This document shows, piece after piece, positions 28,972 to 40,253 of a stretch of 64,000 bases of DNA; the first letter of the stretch is position 1, and each line of letters starts with the position of its first letter. Made by a program: the position numbers and the translations under genes. The notes under the pieces were generated by a model. The model searched no databases. It was not told the DNA's origin and saw nothing but the letters and a program-made list of their open reading frames with translations. Location: the NCBI GenBank assembly GCA_028534125.1, contig CM052834.1:620001-684000 (forward strand). Direction: 5' to 3'. The DNA is from Lama glama (lineage: Eukaryota).

Positions 28972-29349
28972 TTAAGGTTTTGGCAACATCCACATAGTAT
29001 TCCTTTTGCTCTGTAAATCAATCTGCTTTTACAGTTGAGTGCTACTTTAGCTTGGCCTGAAGCCACAATGCCTACACAGTCACAGGTCTGTGGCGGCTGT
29101 GTTTCCTAGGGGCCAGCGTGAGGTGGGGGGAGACCCCGCCACCCTCCCCTCCCCAGCAAGAGCGGGCCGCTGTCTTCTGCTTGTGTTCTGAGCTTCCATG
29201 TAAAATGTATTTGAATACAGGGTTCCACAGCCAAGAAAGGGTTCCTAAACCGCTTAATTGGGTCTTTTTCTCGGTGGCCCACCTGACAGCAGAATTCCGC
29301 GGGGGTTTGGGGAAGGCGGGCCGCAGACCCTCCTGGGCTTGGAGCCTCA

Positions 29350-30003
<654 letters not shown>

Positions 30004-30039
30004 TTAAAGAGCCCCCTGAGCGACGAAATGAAAAAGCAA

Positions 30040-30650
30040 GTGGCACCGCGTCAGCTGAAGAGAGGAAACCGTCAGCACAGTGAAAAGACAGCCTACAAGG
30101 TGTGCAAACCACGCAGCTGCTAGGGGCTAATGTCCTGTAAGCCAACAGCAAAACAAACGGAAGGCGGCCAAGTAGCCCGTTAAAACAGGCCCAAGACCCG
30201 AACGGATTCTCCTGCAAACGAAACATACAAATGGCAGCGGGTACGTGGAAAGTGCTCAACGTCCTTGCTCAGCAGGGACCGCAAGTCAAAACCACGGCGA
30301 GCCTTCCCCTCACACCCGTCCCGACGGCCATCCCAGGAAAGGCAAACGGTAGCAGGTGTGGGCGAGGACGTGGGGAGGAGCGAGCCCGCGCACGGCTGCT
30401 GGGGGCGCAACGGGGGCAGCCGCCGAGGAGACCGGGATGGAGGTTCCCCGGAAACCGCACATCCAGCCGCCACGGGACCCAGCAACTCCACTTCGGAGAA
30501 GACGCCCAGAGGACGTGCCCGCCGTGGCTTTATTCATAACCGCCGAGACGTGGAGGCAACCTGACCGTCCGTGGACGGATGAGTGGATAAAGAAAACGTG
30601 GCGCACACATCTGCGATGGGACGGCATCTGGCCGTAGTCACGAACTTTAA
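30040..30650 (+). mobile_element. LINE-1 ORF2 3'-region fragment, heavily GC-shifted
   Basis: Landmarks TCAAAACCAC, CTCACACCCGTC, GGCGAGGACGTGG, ATGGAGGTTCC, CCAGCAACTCCACT, GATGAGTGGATAAAGAAAA. Confidence 0.85.
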
Positions 30651-31692
30651 CACACTGAGAAAAACGAAATCCACTGACACTGAAAAAGGGGGGGTGTGCT
30701 TCATGGAGGGTGCCAGACGGGCAACAGGAGTGAGTGAACCAGGGAGCGAATGAATGAGTGCTGGACCTAGGCAAGCGCCACGTTGCAGCAGTAAGTAATT
30801 CAGGTCCAGACCACCCCAGGTGAAAGGTGCTGGGGAGCAGGTGCCCACAGAACCCCGGTACCTCTGCACGGACTCCTCAGTTATCACAGAGGGAAGGGAG
30901 CCCTGACCGTGGGGGACTCTGGCAGACGCCCCTTGGCCACGTTCCTACACTTGGGGTCACTAATAACAGGACACACGATGCCGCGAACTTCCTGGTGTCA
31001 TACGGCAGGAGCAGCTGACCTCTCTGTGTCTGTCTCCTCAGCCCCGCAGGACGAGGCCCTGGGAAGTGGAGTCACCCCCTCCAACGGCCCCGTCCAAGGT
31101 CCCGCAGACCCTGGGGGCCGGCCCCCTCGATGACTCTCAGCCGCGTGGCTCCAGCCGGCCTCCTCACTGTCCCCCTGCGTCCCCGCTGCTGGCCGGCCCA
31201 GCTCTGCTGTCTGCTGGGCTCCCCTCTTCGTCCCCTCAGGCCTCACTTAAGGTCCCCTCGCCACAGTGTCCTGGCCGCCACGCTGTCCCCAGCCGGCTTT
31301 TTATGTGCTCATCACGCCGGGACGGGGGTCCAGGGAGCGCCGCTGGTCTGCTCCGATCACCCCCTCCCAAAGGAGGTGACTGGGAGTGTCTCGTTGGATG
31401 AAGGAACGAGAGTTACTTAAGCGCGACGCTCTGGTGCTTACTGGGGCGAGGAGGCAAGGGGAGGGGGACGGGGTGACACAGACTCCAGTGTGTGTGCGGA
31501 GCAGGGCAGGGGCTCGCACACTGGCCTGAGTCCAACCCGCCTGCCCAAAGGTGAGGAATGGGTCTTGTTTGCCCCCCACCCGCCGATGTCATTTCTAACC
31601 CTGTGGCTTCCCTGGGTCTGGGGGGCAGGGTCTGAGGTTCCCGACCCTCCATCGCCAGACTACGTGCAAACCGTTACGTCCCAGGATTACAC

Positions 31693-32240
31693 ACTGGTGG
31701 CTCCCGCAGTGTGGGCGGTCGGGGCTGGGGGTGGGCAAACTGGGTGAGGGGGTCAAAGGTTCAAGCCCATAGCTATGAAATGCGAAGCCCAGCACGGTGA
31801 CCACGGCTGACACGACTGCAACGCGCAAGGGAGCTGTTAGGAGAACCAATCTTGCAAAGCTCTCCTCACTAGAAAAGCACCGTAACTGTGTGACGTGACG
31901 GATGCTAACTGCTTACTGCGGCGACCACTCCACAACAAACACGAACATGGGATCAGCGTGCTGCTCCCCTGAAACTAACATAACGTCACACGTCAGTGGC
32001 AGTTGGCCCTCGAACAACGTGGGGGTTAGGGCGCCCACACCCCGCCTCCGGTGTTTGAAAACCCGAGTGTAACTCGACAGTCGGCCCCTCTAATCTGAGG
32101 TTGTGTGCCTGCAAATCCAGCCGGCCGCGGACCGTGTAGTCTGCAGTGTGGAAGGGTCTGCAGGGAAGTGGGGCCGCGCAGTTCAAACCCGAGTCGTTCA
32201 GGGACCATGTACGCCTCAGGTTTAAAAAAGGGAAAAGGGA
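31693..32240 (+). mobile_element. L1 (L1MA-like) 3' UTR interrupted by a Tigger2-like element
   Basis: GGGTGAGGGGGTCAAAGG, GTAACTGTGTGA, CCTGAAACTAACATAA, then resumes CCTCAG-TAAAAAA after the insert. Confidence 0.7.
32000..32209. mobile_element. Tigger2-family non-autonomous DNA transposon (MITE)
   Basis: Degenerate terminal inverted repeats CAGTTGGCCCTCGAACAAC ... GTCGTTCAGGGACCATG, followed by TA. Confidence 0.72.
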
Positions 32241-35200
32241 AAAGCATCTACGACGCGTCAGTTTACCCCACAGAACAGGGCTGCCGTGCCTGTGAGACGC
32301 CCGGGGAGGGCTTCCCGAAGAGCCGTGTGTGCGTGCGTCCGCCCTGGGCTCAGAGCCAGGAGTGAGGGCGGGCGCCAGCCAGCAGCCTGACCCCAGCCCG
32401 CCGGCCACGGACGTGCCCGGGCCGAGGAGGTGCTGCCCCTGGACCAGCTGCGCTTCGGACAAACGGAAGCCGCAGTCGTGGCGCTGTGTGCGCTCAGCTC
32501 AGCCTCCTGCTGCTGCTCGTCCAGCAGGACGACGTGGAGGTCCCCGCTGCTGGCCTGCCACCCGCGCTTTGTCCCTGCGGAGCTGGGCTAACAGAGCAGA
32601 GCTGGTGCCAGTGGCCTGGCGTCAGGAGGGACCCAGCTCGCTGCACGGCCCATCCCTCACGTGCACCTGGGTGGGGGCCGTATGTTCTCCCTGAAGGGCC
32701 GGGTGGGGATGGTGCTGGGATGCCAGGGCAAAGACACGGAGGGGCCCAGAGGAGGTGGCCCGGGTCCGGGGGGGTTGGAGGTGCCTGGGGCAGCCTCCGG
32801 CAGGGTGACGGGAGGGACCGTTCAAACAAAGCGGCCAGTGTCCCTGCGCACCCTCAGACTCTCCTCCCTGACGCCAGTCAGTCCTGACGGCTTGGCCTCG
32901 TGTCGGACGAAGCCCCGTGTCCCAGAATCTCTCTCCTTTCAGAAAGCTCAGCCGGGGGTGAGCTGCAGGGGTTAACGGCAGAGTCGCCGCCAGCAGAGGC
33001 TTTTGTCCTAAATGACTATAACTGAAACACACACTCACTCACCAAGAAAGCAAGCGCTTTGAGGAGAAGCGCGCACCAGCAGATCAAAGGAGTTAGCGTC
33101 TCCGACCTCCTAGAGAAACCAGGAGCACGGAGCCCCCTCCTCGCAGTGACGCCCGTGTGCGTCCCCGGACACAGAGGAGTCCTCCAGCGTCGCGGGTCTC
33201 AGCCCCCAAGCACAGCCGGCTCTGAGATGGCCCTCCCTCCCCCAAGTCGTGCGGGGTCAAGTCCTCGGTCAGTTCTCCACGTCTCCGGCCCCCTCTCGCC
33301 CAAGTGTTCCCCACCCCGCCACCCCTCCACCTGCGGCAGGTGCGCACAGGGGCTTTCCCTGCCAGGTTCTTTGTTCCCTAAACTCTCCGGCTTCACCTTG
33401 GCCCCCTCCCCTCTGCCGCGGGGTCCAGGTACCAACGCTGCTCAGGGACCTTTATCTGCATCCTGCTCCCTGCTCTGTCCGCCTCGGGCTCTCTGCCTTC
33501 TCCTGAGGGTGGAAAAGGCCCCGGCCTTGCGTGAACCGGAACATTCATCTTGTGAACTTTTGCTTCAAAGAGCTCAGGGCCGCCCTCTGTGCTCTGGGTA
33601 CAGAGCAGAGCCCCGAGCCTGCTATAAATAAAAGATCTTCAAAGTGCCGGCGCCCACAGCTCTGGGGCGCTTTGCAAATGCTCCGTCCCACCGCCTCTCA
33701 GCTCCAGAGAGGTCATCACTAAATTTATATCTGTCCCAACGGTGCTGCCTGAGGAGCAGGAAGGAGCCCGCCCAGCCTGGGGGAGCTGATCTGTTACAGT
33801 GCTGGACCACCTCACAGCAGACGTCGTGCGGGGAGTCTGTGGCGGGGCCGAGGGCGGAAGTGGTGGGGGCCGAGGGTCAGGTGAGGTGGCCTGGGGAAGC
33901 AGGCAGTTCACTCGTGGGGGAGGCCAGCCTCTCTGGGGTGGGAGCCTGAGGACCAGGCCAGTCCGGTCCTGTCGGATTCAGCAGAGCCTGGAGGGACGCC
34001 GGGAGGCCGCACTGGCCGTTAGCTGGGCTGCGGACTCTAGAGTCAGGGTCCGGGGGCCTGCCAGCTTAGTCCCGGCTCCATTCTAGGCCCGGGCCCCACA
34101 CTTCACGTTTCCTACTCTAGAGTCAAACCCCGCCCAGATAACAAATCCAAGGGCCGGTCTTCCCAGTCTGCTCGGAGGCCCCGGTCACGCGGGAGACAGA
34201 ACCCGCACGGGGACACGAGCCGGTCGTGCTGGCAGGCGGCCTGGCCTTGGCCTGGGCACTTGGCAGGCCTGTCCCTGAGCTTTGGGGTGACATGGCTGCT
34301 CAGAGCCCCCTAGTCGGCTGGTGGTTGTGTCGGGGAGCACGAGGTAGTCCCCACCTGTCTTCCTAATCCCCGAGAACAGGCAGCCTCCTGGCCCACAGCC
34401 GGCCTGCCGGCTCTGGGGTCTGAGCCATGGGAACCTTGTTAATAACGTCCCCAAGTGAGCTCGGAGCCTCCCTGGGGCCCTGAGAGGGTGGGGGTGGCAG
34501 GTGGGGGTGGCTCTGAGGCTCCCCCAGACTCTAGCAGGGACATGGGACGTTCAGAGTCTGCAGGGCTTGCAAAAGGCCAGGGCCTCGGGGTATGGGGCCC
34601 GGGTGCTCACGCTCACCAGGGGTCGGTCTGTGCAGAGTGGGGGGCCCCCACCTCAGGGTCTGGGGAGGGAGCCGCGGCAGAGGAGTGCTGGAGAAAGAGA
34701 AGGACGGAAGGTTTAAGAGGGGACGCAGCAGGGCCGCGGGGACTCGGCGTGCTCGCAAACCAGCACTGTGAGAATGGGACTTCCGCTCCCCGCGGAGTGC
34801 GCGTCAGGGCGGCTGACCGAGGGCAAATCGGGCACCGAGACCAGACAACACGAGGGCCCATGAGCCTCAGAGCATGAGGAGGGGCCCGTCCACCACGGCT
34901 GCAAGGCCCGGGGCCACCTACCCACAGAGAACAAAGCCGTGGCCGCATGCGCCCCTGCGTTCTCGGGAGGCTCCCGGCCTTCCTGCCCTGCGACCCCCGC
35001 CCACAGCCCTGTGAGCGCTCAGCCAACAACCCGCACCGTCTGGTGCGGGGCTCCCAGTCTTTTTTTAAAAAATGAGACCCACAGGACGGGTGATCCTTAT
35101 ATACAGTGTGCTCCCCCTGTATGCTCAGATTTTGACAAAATGCCGGAAACTCTAAGTAGGCTCATTGTCCTCATACACCGCAGACTTCTGCCCGCCGGCT

Positions 35201-37819
35201 CCTGCCCATCACAGAGCACTGGGACCCAGCGTGAGGGCGTCATGACAACGACACTGCATTTCCTTGCATTTAGTTTTTTAAAAAGAAACCATTTGTCAAT
35301 TCTGGTATTTTAGCTCCTGGCAATTACCCACCACGCAGTGTTCAGCGGGTCTGGGTGCGCGGAAGTGCCATGAGGCCACAGCTGAGACCGCTGATCTGGG
35401 CCGGTGTGCCCCGGCTCTTCCAGCCCAGGCCCGAGTGAGGGGAGGGCGGCCGGGCTGCAGGAGGCCCCGCGTCCAGTGTCCTCGGTCTCTGTCTGGCGTT
35501 GACGGAACCGCTCTTCAGGTGTCCCAGGCGTGCAGGAACTCATAAAACGAAAATTAGTTCTGAACCTCACTGGGTTCCTATTAGCTCTTTATCGCATGAG
35601 TTTTCTCAGGCAAGAGCCACCAGAAGTCCAGTCTTCACGTGGTGGGGCCTCCAGGACGGAGGAGAGAGAAGATGAACGAATCAAAGTTTCTACTTTAATG
35701 TGAACGTTCGTGGTTTTAGACAAGACAGTGGGCCAAGGGCAGAGCAGAGATTAGGCCTGAGTTTCTCCAAGGGAGGCCATTGGGCCACCAGCTCGGACGG
35801 AGCTCCCTGGCAGTGTCCGGGGAAATCTCGAGGGTGGGGGTCCCCAACACACGCTGCAAGGGGTTCAGCGGGGTTCGAGAATCACAGTCGCTGGTCCAGG
35901 AAACACGGCGAAACCAGCAGCAGCCGGACGTCGCACCGTTCTCTCCGAGCGGTTTTACGAGAGGGAGGGACAGACTCGTCTGACGGAAGGGCCAGGCGCA
36001 GACGGCCTGTCTCAGGGGACCACCGCGTCCGTTCCCAGCCTATTTTAGGCACTTTCTTGGTCACTGGAATGTACTGGAGACCAGGTTCGGAGGGGGCACG
36101 GATCCCCCCACAGCCAGGCTCTGTTCTTTTCCAAAAGCCCCCAGAGGGTTCGGACAGAGACTGGAAAACAGGAAGACGGCCTTTGCCAAAGTAACTTCCA
36201 ATTAGATAATGAAATTATTCTGTTTACAGGCTTTGTAGAGCTCTGGAAAGACCACTAACCCTCCTCGCGGAGGGGCTGTGGGAAGCTCTCCGACAAAGAC
36301 AGATTTAAAAATGGTTTCTTGGCAGTAGTTTTGGGTCAGAAATAGACAAATTGCTGATGAAAAACAGAATGAGTGTTAAATCTCTTCAAGATGCGATGAC
36401 AGTGTCCAGGAGCAAGAATTCTTTTCTATAAGAATTTAAGAAACAAAAACAAAGCTCCAAACACAGGGGCTTTTGAGGACGACTTAAGAGGCACTAGAAA
36501 CTCTAAATTAAAAGTAGCTTTTGCAGGACTCCAGGAGGAGAGAGTGGGGCTGCTGAATTCTCTGATGACGAGAATCAGTAAAAATCCCGCGTCCTGTCTG
36601 GAGGTCCAGATGCCCACCCTGCCGTCCCGATCACGGTGAGGGGCAGGGAACCTCGCAAGTGCAGCGTTACCCCCGAGCAGTCTTTCGACCCCAGGCGAGC
36701 GACTGAACTCGCTAAGCCACAGTTCGCTCCTCTGCAAGTGGGAGTGGTGGTGGCAGCACCCCGTCCTCACCTCTCCCGCAGGTCACCGCAGGGCCAACGG
36801 AGCGGGCGAGGCGGCGCTGGGGTCACGCCCTGGCACGGAGCTCACGCTCCTCCTTCTCCGACTTTCATTGTGGGCGGAGGGTTTTCCGTGGGTCACGATG
36901 CCCAGGACACCCAGGAAGAGCTCTTCTTTGGGGGAGGAGTTGTCACCCCAGAGTGTCAAACGGGGGGTTTAAACCCTGCGTGTCCTGTGAGTCTGCCTGC
37001 TGACATTAAGCCTTCCCCAGGGAGGCTCTCCGGTCCCCAGTTTCCCATTGCAGGTGCCCCCTGCCCATGTCGCCAGCTCATTTCATTCTCTCTTAGAGTT
37101 TCCTTTAATTGTCTCCCATGAAGGGACTCCATCTCCCCCGCCAGACCGTCCTCTTCTCCGGGGTTCAGGCTGCTCCATGCAGCCTGTTTTCCTGCCTCGA
37201 AGCCGGACACAGTGTGCACTCGGCAGACGAGCAAATACAGGCAGAGGGAGTGCGTGTCGACCGTGAGCGCCTCCCCGCCTCTTCCGTCTCCTGGTGATGA
37301 CAGCAGTTACACTCAGTCACCGCAGACGCTCCGCGGCCCAGGGTCCCCTGTGCCTGGAGCTGAACTGGACTCTCCAAACGCCTTTTCTCGCCTGACCCTT
37401 GACCACACCCTGGGAACAGGCGTGTGCAGGGCAGGGGGTGCTGGGGGAGCTGGGAGGAGGACAGGAACAGCCGGGGTCCCCTGCACCCCAAAGCCCCCAG
37501 TCAAGCTGACAGCACCCTGAGCAGGACGGTGAACTCCAGGGCCGGGCACGGACGACACCAGCCCACCCCCTTCCCCGCTCAGGGACCACCGAGGGGTCCA
37601 GTCCCCACTCTCAGACTCGGGCGAGGAGGCTGGTCCTCCGGGGCAGTTTGAACCCCTCCCCCTGGTGTTTCTGCCTTGTCCCCCCAAAATGACCACACGC
37701 CACAGGGAGAGACACACATTGTCCTGCGACTCAGACGCACATCTCAAAGGCTTCTACTGCCTACGTTCAGGTGGGGCGCTCTGGTGCTTTCTGGTCTATG
37801 TCACTCTTTCGTTAGAAAT

Positions 37820-38432
37820 GAGAACGTGGAGAAACTGGAAGGCTCCGGCATCACCAGAGGGGATGCAAAACGGTCCGGTCTCTTTGGAAAGCGGTGACGC
37901 TTCCTCGGAATCCTAACTCTACAAATCTCGAAAGACCTAGAAGCCTGCTCCGAGGCAGGTATCAGAGAGACGTGGAAACACACATCCCCACAGACCCTGA
38001 GCGCAGATGCCTCCTGGCGGCGTCGCTCACGGGAGCCGAAGGCAGAAGTCCACCCAGCACCCACCAGCGGACGGACGAGTAAACAAGACACTGTCCAGAC
38101 CCGTATAACGCAACACGGCTCGGCCACAAAAAGGGATGTGGTGCTGATCCGCGCAGGACATGGGGGGAACGTGAAACCAGCATGCCAGGCGAGAGGAACA
38201 AGTCCCGAGACACGGCCGAGGGCGCGCCTCCGCTGATGGGACTGTCCAGGGCGGGCGGGTCTGAGGGGGCCGGTGGCCGCACGGGGAGGGGGGTCTCCTG
38301 TGGGGATGGAAATGTTCTAAAACTAGATTGCGGTGATGGCTGCAACCCGTGAATATGTGAAAAAAGTCACTGAATTGTGCTTTTTAAAACGGTGGGTTAT
38401 AGAATGTGTGAACTGCATCTCAACAAAGCTGC
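37820..38432 (+). mobile_element. L1MB-like 3' fragment
   Basis: GTGGAGAAACTGGAA ... GATGGAAATGTTCTAAAACTAGATTG ... CACTGAATTGT ... ATCTCAACAAAGCTG. Confidence 0.8.
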
Positions 38433-38963
38433 TTAGGAATGATGAATGTGACACAGCACACCGACTTCACCGCCCAGAGCGGGGCGCAGCAGCCAGAGGT
38501 GCCGGTCCTGGAGGGTGTGTCTGCTCCCCACCCCTCCTGTCCTCGTCCTGAGGATCGCCGGGTGCCCAGGAGACTCGGGGAGACCATGGCCTCGGGGGGA
38601 CGGGGGTGGGCGGAGGGCACCGTCGAGGAATCGTGCCTGCGTTTGTCATGGTTCTGTCTCTAGCAGCCGGGCGGCCGGAGAATGGAGTCACTGCTGAACT
38701 TCCAGGAGTGCCTGGAAGAGCTGACAGCCCCTTGCCCCGTCCCCTCCCTTCTCCGGCCCTGAACTCAAATGTGGGGGCTTGGCCTCCGGAAGCCACCTGT
38801 GACCTTGTGGGAGAGGGGCCTGGGAAGCAGAGGACAGAGGCGGCCACGCCTGGGCTTCCTTCACACCAGGAGCAAACCCCGAGGCCGCTCACGCGTGGGC
38901 CGCCTCAAGACACGCGGGAGCCCAGGACAGACCCCCACCCGCCCCGCCAAGTGGCCCACGTAC

Positions 38964-39189
38964 CTCGTGATCTTAAATATGCGCAGGAGGCGGACGCATC
39001 TCAGCACGGAGATGCCCAGCGGGGACATGACCTTGGTCTCCACCAGGATGGTCTCCAGGATGCCGCCGCACACGATGAAGCAGTCGAAGCGGTTGAAGAG
39101 CGACACGAAGTAGGCCTGCAGCCCCAGGCTGTACATCTTGAGCAGCATCTCGGCCGTGAAGAGGGCCAGCAGGGCCTTGTTGGCCGTGT
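38964..39189 (-). CDS. CACNA1C: CACNA1C exon 13 (IIS2-IIS4 voltage sensor), 226 nt
   Basis: [20 protein letters not shown]...[14 protein letters not shown]; AG/GTACGT. Confidence 0.97.
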
Positions 39190-40092
39190 CTGTGGGGACC
39201 GCACACGAGGGCAGGGGGCGCCATGAGGGTTGGGCTCGCCGCCACACGCTTCCCTCCAGTGGAGCCGGCGGGAGAGGGTGCACAGCAGCGTCCCCCGGCC
39301 CCCACCTCGGCCCCTCCCCTGGCCCGCTCCTCACGGTGGCTCTGCCGGCCGGCTGGCTGGCGTGGCCCCCATTTTGCAGAGAAGAGAGGTTTGAGGGCTG
39401 AGCCGTCTGCCCAAACCGATCAGCCCAGAGTGGGAGGGAGCCAGGGCCCGAGTCTGCCCAGGTTCTGGGAGACACCTCCACATCCGGGCCATGGCCGCCT
39501 GACACCCAGGGTCCGAGCCAAGGCTCTGGCCAGTGGGATCCCTTCTGGGGCCCAGGGAAGGGTGGTGGGACCGACTGCTGTCCAGGACTTCCTGGTGCCT
39601 TTTTTGTTTTTAAGATGGAATACAAAGTTTAGCCTTTTTACTGCATGAAACTAAAACTGGGAAAGGTAGGGGACTGAGGGGGCTTGGGAGATGCCCCTCC
39701 CCAGCTCCTGGGTAATGACACCTCGCTTCCTCCCGAGCACGTGTCGGCCCCGCCGCCCACTCCCTGCCCTCATGCTCGCCCCCTACCCCGGTCCAAGTTC
39801 GGCCAAGCACACCAGAGACTGTGCCCCGGCCGCAGGGACTGAACGTCCCACTGGGGCAGCTCGCAGCCATGGATCTCACAGGGCCAAACGCTGCAGCACA
39901 TGTCCGTGTCCCGGGACCCAGCAGTGACCGTCGGGGCAGGCAGAAGGTGTGGGCCCGGCCAGGGGACCCCATCTGTCTACAGCGAGCGTGTGTTTTAGCA
40001 GCTCAAGAGCTGCCAGGCCCTCGGTGTCTCCGGCCCCGTGACCAGGGCTGGGCCAGGCCGAGCAGAGCGGGCCGGCTGGGGCTGCCCCTCAC

Positions 40093-40253
40093 CTTGGACC
40101 TCCGTGAGCCAGTGGGGCTGGTTGTAGTGCTCGGAGGCGATGGTGAGCGTGTTGAGGAACACCAGGAAGATGACCAGCCAGTAGAAGATGCTCGACTTCA
40201 CGGCCGCACGGCATTTCCTCCTGCAGAACCGGTTCCATCGGCGCCAGTAGCGG
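40093..40253 (-). CDS. CACNA1C: CACNA1C exon 12 (end of I-II linker, IIS1), 161 nt
   Basis: [53 protein letters not shown]; AG/GT boundaries. Confidence 0.97.

Noticed and set aside
31437-31445. Recursive splice site
   Set aside because: Sequence is CAG-TAAG, not CAG|GT, so there is no zero-length exon motif
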